A DNA stretch of 64,000 bases from Candidatus Latescibacterota bacterium (GTDB lineage Bacteria; Krumholzibacteriota; Krumholzibacteriia; WVZY01). Of this stretch, positions 1 to 9,819 are shown in pieces. The notes beneath the pieces were generated by a model, which saw only the letters and a list, made by a program, of their open reading frames with translations, was not told where the DNA came from and ran no database searches. A program made the translations under genes and the position numbers. The stretch is from the NCBI GenBank assembly GCA_963791045.1, contig CAWBQK010000013.1, forward strand, positions 224,001 to 288,000, written 5' to 3'. The stretch's first letter is position 1, and every line of letters begins with the position of its first letter.

Positions 1-668
1 ATGCCATCATGGGTCCCAACGGCTCGGGCAAAAGCACGCTCGCACAGGTGATCGCGGGACGCGACACATTCGAAGTGACAAAGGGCGATGTTCTCTTCAA
101 CGGCGAGAGCATCCTGGAGAAGAGCCCCGAGGAACGCGCCTGCAAGGGTATCTTTCTTGCTTTCCAGTATCCCGTCGAGATCCCCGGTGTTCGCAATTCA
201 TACTTTTTGAAATCAGCCCTCAACTCCAAGCGAAAATTCAACGGCGAGGAAGAGATCGACGCGATGGAATTTCTCGCGCTTATCAAAGACAAGATGGAAC
301 TCCTCGACATGAAGAAGAGCTTCATGGAACGTCCCGTCAACGAAGGTTTTTCCGGCGGCGAAAAAAAGAGAAACGAAATCCTCCAGATGGCCATTCTCGA
401 CCCCAAGCTCGCCGTGCTCGATGAAACCGATTCGGGGCTCGACATCGACGCGTTGAAAATTGTCTCGGACGGCGTAAACGCGCTCCGCGCGCCCGACCGC
501 GCAGTCATAGTCGTCACGCATTATCAACGTTTGCTCAACTATATCGTCCCCGATGTCGTTCACGTCCTCGTCGACGGCCGGATCGTAAAGACCGGTGATA
601 GGAGTCTCGCCCTGGAACTCGAGGACAAGGGTTACGCAGACATTCAAAAAGAAGCGGCAAAAAGCTAG
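1..668 (+). CDS. sufC: Fe-S cluster assembly ATPase SufC (5' end truncated by window edge)
   Basis: Walker [19 protein letters not shown], signature FSGGEKKR, Walker [10 protein letters not shown]; reading frame is open from the window start. Confidence 0.95.
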   Translation, partial: AIMGPNGSGKSTLAQVIAGRDTFEVTKGDVLFNGESILEKSPEERACKGIFLAFQYPVEIPGVRNSYFLKSALNSKRKFNGEEEIDAMEFLALIKDKMELLDMKKSFMERPVNEGFSGGEKKRNEILQMAILDPKLAVLDETDSGLDIDALKIVSDGVNALRAPDRAVIVVTHYQRLLNYIVPDVVHVLVDGRIVKTGDRSLALELEDKGYADIQKEAAKS

Positions 669-732
669 AAACACACCACTCCGCCCCAAAGACTCGCAAG
701 ACGAGAGGGCGGGGCGAACAACGAATATACAA

Positions 733-2055
733 ATGGCAACCAAAGACACATATATATCTCAGTACCAGTCGTTCAACGCGACCGTTGTTGAATCATCGCC
801 GGCCTGGCTGAATGATATCCGCGACAAGGCGATCACCCGTTTTTCGGAGATGGGTTTTCCGGGCAACAAGGATGAACAATGGCGTTTTACGCGAATTCGC
901 CCGCTGCTCGGACACGACTTCGATCTCGCCGAAACCCGTCAGCTTGACACAGCCGCGGCCCGCCGGGTCGACGAACTGTGCATCGACGAGACCAAGTGCT
1001 TGCGTCTTACGTTCGTGAACGGTCGTTTCTCGGAATCGTTGTCCAATCTGGACGGACTTCCCGACGGCGTCCGTGTAAACAGCCTGCACAGGGCGCTCGA
1101 GACCGACGCAGAACCGGTTCATCGCTATATCTCGAAATTCGCCAGCACCGATTACAACCCCTTCGTGGCGCTCAACACGGCGCATCTCTACGATGGGGCT
1201 TTCGTTCATATTCCAAAGAATGTAAGACTCGAAAAACCGATCCATTTGCTCTACATAACACACTGCAACGGCGGCGCGATCGTTTCGCACCCGCGAAACC
1301 TTATCATCGCCGAAGAACACTCACGGGCGTCGATTGTGGAAAGTTATGTCGGGGTGCAATCGGACACCTACTTGACGAATCCCGTCACCGAAATCATCGC
1401 AAAAAAACGGGCGGAGATCGATCACTGCAAGCTCCAACGCGAGAGCGGGCGCGCCTATCACATGGCAACCCTCCAGATCCATACCGGCCGTGACAGCCGG
1501 TTCAGAACCGACTTTCTCTCTTTCGGCGGCGCGCTAGTCAGGAACGACGTAAACGTCGTCCTGGCGGATGAAGGGATCGACTGCACGGTAAACGGGCTTT
1601 ATCTCGGCGAGGGAAAACAACACATCGATAACCATACGTTGATCGAACACGCCAAACCACACTGCGCAAGCCATGAGCTCTACAAGGGGATTCTCAACGA
1701 TAAGGCTCGCGCGGTCTTCGACGGCAAGATTCACGTCCATCAGGACGCGCAGAAAACCGACGCCAAACAATCCAACCGCTGCATACTCCTCTCTGACGAT
1801 GCGCAGGTAAATACAAATCCACAGCTCGAAATATATGCCGACGACGTCAAGTGCACGCACGGCGCCGCCGTTGGACAACTCGACGAGGAAGCGGTGTTTT
1901 ATCTTCGCTCCCGCGGAATCGACAAGGATTCCGCGCGCCGGATGCTGATCTTCGCGTTTGCCAACGAGGTGATCGAGGGAATCAAAATAGATCCCGTGCG
2001 CGAGCGGTTGACGACGGACCTCCACAACTGGCTTACCGGAACAAATAAGACCTAA
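733..2055 (+). CDS. sufD: Fe-S cluster assembly protein SufD
   Basis: E.WRFT N-terminal motif, beta-helix repeats, PQLEIYADDVKCTHGAAVGQLDEEAVFYLRSRGI; ATG at 733 chosen because the upstream part of the ORF overlaps sufC. Confidence 0.93.
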   Translation: MATKDTYISQYQSFNATVVESSPAWLNDIRDKAITRFSEMGFPGNKDEQWRFTRIRPLLGHDFDLAETRQLDTAAARRVDELCIDETKCLRLTFVNGRFSESLSNLDGLPDGVRVNSLHRALETDAEPVHRYISKFASTDYNPFVALNTAHLYDGAFVHIPKNVRLEKPIHLLYITHCNGGAIVSHPRNLIIAEEHSRASIVESYVGVQSDTYLTNPVTEIIAKKRAEIDHCKLQRESGRAYHMATLQIHTGRDSRFRTDFLSFGGALVRNDVNVVLADEGIDCTVNGLYLGEGKQHIDNHTLIEHAKPHCASHELYKGILNDKARAVFDGKIHVHQDAQKTDAKQSNRCILLSDDAQVNTNPQLEIYADDVKCTHGAAVGQLDEEAVFYLRSRGIDKDSARRMLIFAFANEVIEGIKIDPVRERLTTDLHNWLTGTNKT

Positions 2056-2068
2056 GGACGGGACACGG

Positions 2069-3313
2069 ATGCAGAACCATGCGGATCACGCCGGGCCACT
2101 CGACGTCGAACAAATCCGGGGAGATTTCCCGATTCTGAACCAGACGATCCATGGCAAACCGCTCGTTTACCTGGACAACGCGGCCACGACACAGAAACCC
2201 CAACCCGTTATCGACGCGCTGACAAACTATTATACAAACGACAATTCAAACGTCCATCGCGGCGTCCATCTCCTCAGTCAGCGGGCCACCCGGGCATTCG
2301 AGAACGCGCGCAAGAAGGTGGCAAAATTCGTCAACGCGGAGGATCCGAGCGAAATCATTTTCGTGCGTGGAACCACGGAGGGGATCAACCTCGTCGCGCA
2401 CTCGTTCGGCCGCTGCTGCGTCGGCTCCGGGGACGAGGTTCTCATCACGGCGATGGAACATCATTCGAACATCGTTCCCTGGCAGATTCTTTGCGAGGAA
2501 ATCGGGGCGACACTGCGGGTGGCGCCAATGAACGAAGCGGGAGAACTCTCCCTGGACGAATTCGACAAGCTCCTCACATCAAAAACAAGGCTCGTTTCCG
2601 TCGTCCACATGTCGAACTCGCTCGGCACGATCAATCCCGTCAAAGAAATCATCGACCGCGCCCATGCCAAGAACGTCCCCGTTCTCGTCGACGGCGCCCA
2701 GGCCGCCCCACACATCGAGATCGACGTCCAGGCGCTCGACTGTGATTTCTATGCAATTTCGAGCCACAAGGTGTACGGGCCGATGGGAATCGGCGCGGTA
2801 TACGGCAAACGTGAAATTCTCGAAACAATGCCGCCTTACCAGGGCGGCGGGGATATGATCGCGAGCGTGACGTTCGAGGAAACGAAGTACAACACCATCC
2901 CGCATTATTTTGAGGCGGGAACGCCAAACGTCGCCGGCGCAATCGGGTTCGGCGCCGCCATCGATTACGTCAGCGCCGCCGGCCTTCCGGCCATTGCGGC
3001 CCATGAAGACATCCTGGTCGCGTACGCCACAGAACAACTCTTGTCGATCCCCGGAATCCGCATAATCGGAACCGCCAAAAGCAAGGCGGGTATCGTCTCG
3101 TTTGTGATGGATGGCGTTCACCCGCATGACATGGGGACGATTCTTGACCGCGAGGGCATCGCGATCCGGACCGGCCATCACTGTACGCAGCCGGTTATGG
3201 ATTTCTTCGGAGTACCGGCGACTTCGCGGGCATCGTTCGGAATGTACAACACACGATCCGAGGTCGACACGTTCGTCGCCGCGATCGAAAAAGTCAAAGA
3301 GGTGTTTGCCTGA
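2069..3313 (+). CDS. sufS: Cysteine desulfurase SufS
   Basis: YLDNAATTQKP, PLP lysine SSHK, catalytic RTGHHC. Confidence 0.96.
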   Translation: MQNHADHAGPLDVEQIRGDFPILNQTIHGKPLVYLDNAATTQKPQPVIDALTNYYTNDNSNVHRGVHLLSQRATRAFENARKKVAKFVNAEDPSEIIFVRGTTEGINLVAHSFGRCCVGSGDEVLITAMEHHSNIVPWQILCEEIGATLRVAPMNEAGELSLDEFDKLLTSKTRLVSVVHMSNSLGTINPVKEIIDRAHAKNVPVLVDGAQAAPHIEIDVQALDCDFYAISSHKVYGPMGIGAVYGKREILETMPPYQGGGDMIASVTFEETKYNTIPHYFEAGTPNVAGAIGFGAAIDYVSAAGLPAIAAHEDILVAYATEQLLSIPGIRIIGTAKSKAGIVSFVMDGVHPHDMGTILDREGIAIRTGHHCTQPVMDFFGVPATSRASFGMYNTRSEVDTFVAAIEKVKEVFA

Positions 3314-3765
3314 TGGACGAACTCCGCGAGCTTTACCAGGAAATGCTCCTCGATCACCACAAGCGACCGAGGAACTTCGGCAAGCTTGAAAACGCCAACC
3401 GCCAGGCGGACGGGTACAACCCGCTTTGTGGCGATCGAGTGACGATCTACCTGGCCCTGAACGGCGACGTAATAGAGGATATCGGTTTCGAGGGGAATGG
3501 GTGCGCGATCTGTACGGCGAGCACTTCGCTCATGACCGAGAGTGTGAAGGGCAAAACGCTCGATGAGGTCGAAATCGTTTTTGGCCGATTTCACGATCTC
3601 GTCACAAGCGACCCCGACTCAGAGATCGACACGGAGAGTCTCGGCAAACTGGCTATTTTTGCCGGGGTGCGCGAGTTTCCGGTTCGAATCAAGTGTGCGA
3701 CACTGGCCTGGCATACGCTGCACGCGGCCCTCAAAGATACTGATGAACCCGCAACCACCGAGTAG
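3313..3765 (+). CDS. sufU: SUF system NifU-family sulfur acceptor SufU
   Basis: LYQEMLLDH, NPLCGD, GCAIC, RIKCATLAWH; TGATG overlap with sufS. Confidence 0.93.
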   Translation: MDELRELYQEMLLDHHKRPRNFGKLENANRQADGYNPLCGDRVTIYLALNGDVIEDIGFEGNGCAICTASTSLMTESVKGKTLDEVEIVFGRFHDLVTSDPDSEIDTESLGKLAIFAGVREFPVRIKCATLAWHTLHAALKDTDEPATTE

Positions 3766-3774
3766 GAGTTTCAT

Positions 3775-4092
3775 ATGGACGCCAACAGAATCGAGGAAGT
3801 CCGTGAACTCGTGGTTGAAACGATAAAAACCGTTTATGACCCTGAAATCCCCGTCAATATATATGAACTCGGACTGATCTATGACATCGATATTTCTCCC
3901 GAAGGAAAAGTCATTGTTACCATGACATTGACTTCGCCCGGTTGCCCGGTCGCCGGAAGTCTTCCAAAGGAAGTCGAACTCAAGATCGGGACCATCGAGG
4001 ACGTTAGCGAAGTTGTCATCGAGCTGGTATGGGATCCGCCGTGGACACCTGAGCGCATGTCCGAAGCGGCTCGCCTCGACCTCAATATGTAA
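3775..4092 (+). CDS. sufT: DUF59/MIP18-family Fe-S assembly protein (SufT-like)
   Basis: VYDPEIPVNIYELGLIY, TLTSPGCP, WDPPW; AGGAG RBS. Confidence 0.88.
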   Translation: MDANRIEEVRELVVETIKTVYDPEIPVNIYELGLIYDIDISPEGKVIVTMTLTSPGCPVAGSLPKEVELKIGTIEDVSEVVIELVWDPPWTPERMSEAARLDLNM

Positions 4093-4134
4093 ACAAAAAC
4101 ACCTGGAGTATTTGGTTTAACGCCAGAAGGAGTT

Positions 4135-4557
4135 ATGGATATGTATCCTGAAGAAATCGTAGCACCATGCCGTAAAGAACTCACCGATATCGGCGTCGAA
4201 GAATTCAAAACCGCCGAAGATGTCGATGTAGCGATGACCGGCCAGAACGGGACCATGCTTATCGTTGTCAATTCGGTGTGCGGTTGCGCCGCCGGGAGCG
4301 CCCGCCCAGCCGTGCGGATGGCCCTCGAGCACTCCACCCTTCCCGACCGCGTCGCAACGGTTTTCGCCGGGGTCGACACGGACGCCACCGCAAAGGTCCG
4401 CTCTTACATGACCGGTTACCAGCCGTCGTCACCGGCGGTCGCCCTCTTCAAGGATGGCGAACTCGTGCATATGCTGGAGCGTCACATGATAGAAGCTCAT
4501 GATCCCAGCGATATCGCCGAAGGGCTCAAATCCGCTTTTGACAAGCACTGCGGCTGA
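4135..4557 (+). CDS. BrxA/BrxB family bacilliredoxin (YphP/YqiW-like)
   Basis: NSVCGCAAGSARP (CGC motif), TVFAGVD, PSSPAVALFKDG, ERH; AAGGAG RBS. Confidence 0.9.
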   Translation: MDMYPEEIVAPCRKELTDIGVEEFKTAEDVDVAMTGQNGTMLIVVNSVCGCAAGSARPAVRMALEHSTLPDRVATVFAGVDTDATAKVRSYMTGYQPSSPAVALFKDGELVHMLERHMIEAHDPSDIAEGLKSAFDKHCG

Positions 4558-4691
4558 CGCGCTTGGGCTGATGACATTTCGGTGCTTTTTGCGCCCCCTC
4601 AGCACCTGTTTTTCTCAAAAACTGTTAGAGGCGGCCTGGCGTTGCGTTTGTTAGAATCATTGTGACCGGGGAAACACCCGGTTCCACGATC

Positions 4692-6269
4692 ATGACAAAC
4701 GCAACGCCAAATCAATCCTCTCAGGATTCCGGCTCCGCGCGAAGGTGGATTTCCTTCATCTTCATAGCGGCCGTTCTCCTCATCATCATCCTGACGCTTT
4801 CCTCGATAATCCTCACCGGACGGCTGTCACACGACGAACATATGTATCTCTCGGCGGCCCATCTTCTCGGGGACTACTCGTTATACAAGGACTTCGCATA
4901 CTTCCAGACACCGTACATGCCGTATGTCTATCACTGGGCCTCCATGCTCCCCGGGACCGATCACGTCCTTACCACCGCGCGCCTTGTCAAAATACTCATC
5001 GTGACGCTGCTGATCCTCGCCGTCTTTTTTACCTGTTCGCGGCTCACGCGCGACCGCTGGTTCGCGCTCGCTTGCGCTCTGCTGCTCGCCAACAACGATA
5101 TCTTCCGCCACTCGATTCCCTACGCGACGAATCTCGATATGGCATCGCTGTTGGTGGTGGCCGCGTTCTTGTTGACGCTTCGGGCTGACTCCAATCGGCG
5201 TCCAAGTGTTTCAACCGTGATCTGCGGCGTTTTCGTGGGGCTCGCGATCGGAACCAAGATGACTTTTGCGCTGGTTCCTCTTTGTTTCCTACTCCCGATT
5301 CCCGCCTTGTATGGACGTTCCGGACGCAGACTCAATTCGCTGTTCCTCTTCACCGCCGGACTCGTCGCAGGCATTGGACCGGCGATTTATATCTGTCTAG
5401 CCGCCGGAGTTGACACCGCCATCTTCAATAATTTCGGATATCACCGTTTGAACGCGTTGTGGCGGGCCGAGTCGGGCTTCGAAATCGCCATGACACTTCC
5501 CGAGAAACTCTATTTTGCCAGACATCAGCTGCTAGAACTTACGAGCGCGCTGTTGTTGATGCTCGCGGCGGGACTCTCGATACTCCGCATTCGCACGGGC
5601 TTTCCCGTATCAATCAAACGCGAAACCGCCGTGTTCGGATTCGCTCTTTTCGTCCCGGTTTGTGTTCTGATGTTCATGATTCCAACACCCATCTGGCGCT
5701 CTTACTTGTCGCCGTTTGTGATTTCGGTGGCCCTTTTCATCGCCGCGCTCTACTCGGAACTCACTCCCGGCGGCAAACGCCCCGCCCGATTGATTGTTTG
5801 GATCGGTGTCGCCGTTCTACTCCTGGCGAACGCGAAGAGCGATGCCGGTCGTCTTGGGGTGTGCTTCAAACCGGACCAATGGATGGGGGAAGAAATCCAC
5901 AAACGCGGACAGATCGTCCGATCCGTCGTCTCTGAAGATCAACGGCACAGACCCGTCGCCACCCTCAGCCTGGTTTACGCTCTCGAAGCGGGGCTACCCA
6001 TCTATCCCGAGCTTGCAACGGGTCAGTTCGCCTACCGAATTGGCGGTTTGTTGTCCGATGTGGAGATCAGCCGGTACCACACCGCATCGGCCGGGACAAT
6101 CGCCGCGCTTCTCGATGAATCACCGCCCTCGGCCGTCTTTGTCGGGTTTGCGACCGATCTTGATTCCACGCTGGCGCGTTACGCCGAAACCCACGGTTAT
6201 CAAAAACACACCGTCGTCACCAAACGTGCGTACGTTTATTCGGAAGACCCGGGCGGCCCCACCGACTGA
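4692..6269 (+). CDS. Multi-pass membrane protein, probable GT-C fold glycosyltransferase (ArnT/PMT-like)
   Basis: TM helix followed by HDEHMY and LYKDFAYFQTP loop, about 10 further hydrophobic helices; alternative GTG start at 4662. Confidence 0.6.
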   Translation: MTNATPNQSSQDSGSARRWISFIFIAAVLLIIILTLSSIILTGRLSHDEHMYLSAAHLLGDYSLYKDFAYFQTPYMPYVYHWASMLPGTDHVLTTARLVKILIVTLLILAVFFTCSRLTRDRWFALACALLLANNDIFRHSIPYATNLDMASLLVVAAFLLTLRADSNRRPSVSTVICGVFVGLAIGTKMTFALVPLCFLLPIPALYGRSGRRLNSLFLFTAGLVAGIGPAIYICLAAGVDTAIFNNFGYHRLNALWRAESGFEIAMTLPEKLYFARHQLLELTSALLLMLAAGLSILRIRTGFPVSIKRETAVFGFALFVPVCVLMFMIPTPIWRSYLSPFVISVALFIAALYSELTPGGKRPARLIVWIGVAVLLLANAKSDAGRLGVCFKPDQWMGEEIHKRGQIVRSVVSEDQRHRPVATLSLVYALEAGLPIYPELATGQFAYRIGGLLSDVEISRYHTASAGTIAALLDESPPSAVFVGFATDLDSTLARYAETHGYQKHTVVTKRAYVYSEDPGGPTD

Positions 6270-6287
6270 CTTTGCTTTTTACAGGGA

Positions 6288-8327
6288 TTAAAGATAACCG
6301 AGGGACTTGAGCCGTTTGATCGTATCCTGGTCGAGTTCGATGCGGCTTGAGTTGTGTGTGTTGTAGAAATCCTTGAGGAGTTCGCAGGCTTCCCTGTGGG
6401 CATCGAGGGCGGCCTTCGCGCGTATAACCCGTCCCGTCTGTTCGGAGGCGGCGTCTTTTGTTTCACCGGGATCACGTTCGAGGTTATAGAGTACCTCTGT
6501 CCCGGTATCGAGTCCGCGAATGTATTTGTAGCCATCGAGCACAACCGATTCGCGCGGTTCGAAATAAAGACAGCCCGTGCCGAAAACCGGCTCGTATTCG
6601 GTTTCTTCCGAGTCCTCGGAATCCTCGACCGGCTCGCTCGGGATCAGAGTCTCCGGCCCGGAGAGGGGCGCGCCGTCGGGGGCAGAGATCCCGCATGCAC
6701 CCAGGATCGTAGCCATAACCCTTTGTGTAGACACGGGTTCCTCGACCACACGTTTTTCCGTCGCGCCGGGAAGTTTGACCATGAGCGGCACACGAAGCAA
6801 TTCATCGTAGAGAGTGTGGCCGTGTTCGATCCCACCGTGTTCGAAGAATTCCTCACCATGATCGCTGACAAGGACGATCAGCGCGTCGTCATAGATCCCT
6901 TCGGCGCGAAGCGCGTCGATGATCCTGCCAACCGCTTCGTCGACGTACCGGACTTCACCTTCATAGAGCTTCCGTATCCACTCTTTTTCAACGGCGGTCG
7001 GATAGAGCATTCCCAACCGGACTTCCTGCACGCTACCGAATCTGCGGCCGATGCGTGCCGACGGCGTTCCTTTGGGCTGAAATCTTTCGGGAGGACCGTA
7101 CGCGATGTGCGGATCGAAAATATGCGTCCACAAAAAGAAGTTCTTTTCGGAATGGCGTTCGATGAACTCGATCGCAGAGTTGGCCGTGATATCGGTGGTC
7201 GCAAGATTCCTGTAACGATTGGGAAACAATCTTTGAAGAATCAATGTGCCCAATGACGTGTCCCGTGTGTTGCGCGGATAGTGGGAAAATTCATCGAACC
7301 CCGCATCCATACCGTGCTTCGCGGATAGATACGGGTTGTTCACCGAAGCGCCGGTTACGTACCCTGCCGCTTTCATGTGTTCGGCAAGCGTGGTCAACCC
7401 ATCCGGGACACGCGAGTTTTTTGCCAGCGCGCCGTGCACCTCGGGCGCGAGTCCGGTCATTATCGAAACCATCGCCGGCATGGTCCACGGCGACGGGGAC
7501 ATTGCGTGAGAAAAACGGACACAATCCGCCGCCAGAGTGTCGATATTGGGCGTTGGAGGCGCTCCCTTGTTCTGGCACCTGATCATGTCGGCACGAAGGG
7601 TGTCGATAACAAGCAGGACAACATGGCGGACGGGACGAAAACCGTCGGAGTTAAATGTCCGGGGTCTCTCGAGCGACAACTTGGCGCCCGCAACGAGCAC
7701 GATGACGAGGAAAAGACCGCCGATAAGACGACCGCCAAAACGGGACAAGAACGCGGCGAGAATCGAGACCGCGACAACCGCAACGAGACCCACCAGGCCA
7801 AACAGGATGCCTCGCGACGAGAGAGCGCCGTCCGCGTTGTAATGGATAAACCAGTGAAAACAAGTGGCGGCAAGAAGACCAAACGGCAGAGCAACAACGA
7901 AGCGAACGGTCCTTTTGACGTGGCCGGGCCGAACCAGAATCATCCACCCCACCGCGGCGGATAACGCCAGAGCAATCAACAGCCGGTATGGGTTCCGGAC
8001 AAATGGGGCGGTGTGTCCGTAATCAAGAACAATGAGAAGCACGACGATAAACGTAGCAACCGCCGGAGAGAGTGTATTCTCCCACCTCGGCGACAACCCG
8101 CGGAGCGGAATTGAAAGGAGCGTCCCCGCGAGGGCGACGGCGAACGCGAAAAGAGCAATCGCCGCGACCGGGGGAAATATATTGAGGAAAGAGGCGAATG
8201 ACGGCGGTCGCCCCACAATGGCGAGCGAGATATCGACCAACCCCACCGTTAAACCGGCGACCAGCCCGAGGGTTACCGGGTTGAGCCGGGCGGTACGAGA
8301 ATAAGATCTGCCGTCACGCGGTTGCAT
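6288..8327 (-). CDS. Membrane-anchored sulfatase/alkaline-phosphatase-superfamily hydrolase
   Basis: N-terminal TM helices; IDTLRAD, SPWTMPA, DPH, SDHGEE, HGHTLYDELLRVPL, LYNL..DPGE, LKSLGYL C-terminus. Confidence 0.85.
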   Translation of the reverse strand: MQPRDGRSYSRTARLNPVTLGLVAGLTVGLVDISLAIVGRPPSFASFLNIFPPVAAIALFAFAVALAGTLLSIPLRGLSPRWENTLSPAVATFIVVLLIVLDYGHTAPFVRNPYRLLIALALSAAVGWMILVRPGHVKRTVRFVVALPFGLLAATCFHWFIHYNADGALSSRGILFGLVGLVAVVAVSILAAFLSRFGGRLIGGLFLVIVLVAGAKLSLERPRTFNSDGFRPVRHVVLLVIDTLRADMIRCQNKGAPPTPNIDTLAADCVRFSHAMSPSPWTMPAMVSIMTGLAPEVHGALAKNSRVPDGLTTLAEHMKAAGYVTGASVNNPYLSAKHGMDAGFDEFSHYPRNTRDTSLGTLILQRLFPNRYRNLATTDITANSAIEFIERHSEKNFFLWTHIFDPHIAYGPPERFQPKGTPSARIGRRFGSVQEVRLGMLYPTAVEKEWIRKLYEGEVRYVDEAVGRIIDALRAEGIYDDALIVLVSDHGEEFFEHGGIEHGHTLYDELLRVPLMVKLPGATEKRVVEEPVSTQRVMATILGACGISAPDGAPLSGPETLIPSEPVEDSEDSEETEYEPVFGTGCLYFEPRESVVLDGYKYIRGLDTGTEVLYNLERDPGETKDAASEQTGRVIRAKAALDAHREACELLKDFYNTHNSSRIELDQDTIKRLKSLGYL

Positions 8328-8491
8328 TGTTCTATATGCGCACGAATGAGGAGTTCTGTCAACCCCTTATCGTTAAATACGTTGACAGGTCACGGTTTGC
8401 CGGCCGGGATATTCTGATATACTCCTCCGGCGCAGCCGGGATTCGTCCACTCCCGACGCTGCCGCATCAACCACCAGCAAGGGGGAATAAA

Positions 8492-8977
8492 ATGAGAAAA
8501 GCGATTTTGCTTTTGTTTGCACTCGCGTTTGTGATGACCGCTCCGGCTACCAACGCCGGAGAGACTCCGTGGTTCGACATGGAGAATTGTGTTTTCTGCC
8601 AGCACCTCGTCAAGGACCCCAAACTTCTCGACAACCTGTCCTGGGAACACCATGACATCAAAAATGGCGCCATGACGATCTCCGTGGTAAAACCCGAATA
8701 CCGCGAATCCTATGAGATGGCACAGAAAGAGATGATGGCGGAAGGTCAGAAACTTCAGTCGGGGGAAGTTGCCTTCACCGATGTCAAGATGTGCGGACAC
8801 TGTCAGGCCTACGGAAAACTCATGATGATTGGGGTCAACATCGAGTACGTGCAGGGTGAAGTCGCCGACGTCGTTCTCATGACATCGGACGATCCCGACA
8901 AAGTCAAAGAAATCAAAATGTACTCTCAGCACAACCGCGATGCGATGGTCAAAATGCACAAAGCGGACAAGATGTAG
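8492..8977 (+). CDS. Secreted hypothetical protein with two CxxC motifs
   Basis: GGGGG RBS, signal peptide MRKAILLLFALAFVMTAPATNA, CVFC and CGHC motifs; followed by a terminator. Confidence 0.75.
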   Translation: MRKAILLLFALAFVMTAPATNAGETPWFDMENCVFCQHLVKDPKLLDNLSWEHHDIKNGAMTISVVKPEYRESYEMAQKEMMAEGQKLQSGEVAFTDVKMCGHCQAYGKLMMIGVNIEYVQGEVADVVLMTSDDPDKVKEIKMYSQHNRDAMVKMHKADKM

Positions 8978-9003
8978 TTACGCATCAGCCTCAAATGCAA
9001 AAG

Positions 9004-9026
9004 AAGGGCCCCGACGGGGGCCCTTT
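9004..9026 (+). terminator. Intrinsic terminator hairpin
   Basis: AAGGGCCCC-GACG-GGGGCCCTT perfect 9-bp stem, short T run, 27 bp after the stop codon. Confidence 0.6.
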
Positions 9027-9050
9027 GAATCTCAATATCAAGGACATGGA

Positions 9051-9746
9051 ATGAACATTCGGCGCAGGGCCCTGGCAGAGCTGCACCTCTGGCGAAAATA
9101 CCGCTACGATCGGCTCCGTTGGCTGTTTCGCGAACGGCACGGTTCACTTGGACGCAAGACGTTTCGCATGGGGGACGTCGAGTATTCCTATTTTGTTCAT
9201 CCGTACAACCACACCTGGGCCAACGAACGCGCCGTGGAGATTCCCGTTGTCCGGCCGCTGATGGAAGCCGCCGAACCGTCTTCAACGCTCGAGATCGGCA
9301 ATGTGACGTCCCACTACATTGATTCAGACCATACGGTGGTGGACAAGTTCGAGAGGTGTTTGTTCCGGCCCGTCATCTCCAAGGACATAATTGATTTCAA
9401 CCCAAAACGGCAATTCGAACTAGTCGTGGCCATTTCCACATTTGAACATGTGGGATGGGACGAAACGCCGAGAGATGAAAACAGAGTACTGGTTGCGCTT
9501 CAAAAACTCAGAACACTTCTCACGCCGGGCGGAAAAGCCATCGTTACCATCCCCGTGGGATATAACCAATTCCTCGATCAGCGGCTACCTGAAATTGCGG
9601 CCGGCGACATGTCGGTTCAATGCCTGAAACGCGTCTCCGAAGACAACCAATGGGTTGAGACCGATCTGGAAGACGCCCTCAAGCACAAGTACGGCGAGCC
9701 GTTTATGTGCGCGAACGCGCTCGCCTTCCTGTATTTGGTTGGCTAG
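9051..9746 (+). CDS. Class I SAM-dependent methyltransferase-like protein
   Basis: LEIGN motif I-like, FELVVAISTFEHVG, LLTPGGKAIVTIP. Confidence 0.7.
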   Translation: MNIRRRALAELHLWRKYRYDRLRWLFRERHGSLGRKTFRMGDVEYSYFVHPYNHTWANERAVEIPVVRPLMEAAEPSSTLEIGNVTSHYIDSDHTVVDKFERCLFRPVISKDIIDFNPKRQFELVVAISTFEHVGWDETPRDENRVLVALQKLRTLLTPGGKAIVTIPVGYNQFLDQRLPEIAAGDMSVQCLKRVSEDNQWVETDLEDALKHKYGEPFMCANALAFLYLVG

Positions 9747-9819
9747 TCACAACTTGAAATTGGACACTCGTCCATGTGATATAATAAGTGCGTTCTCCTC
9801 CTGCTGGAGTCGTTCAAGT

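Noticed and set aside
8492-8977. c-type cytochrome
   Set aside because: The motifs are CxxCQH and CGHC, not CxxCH.
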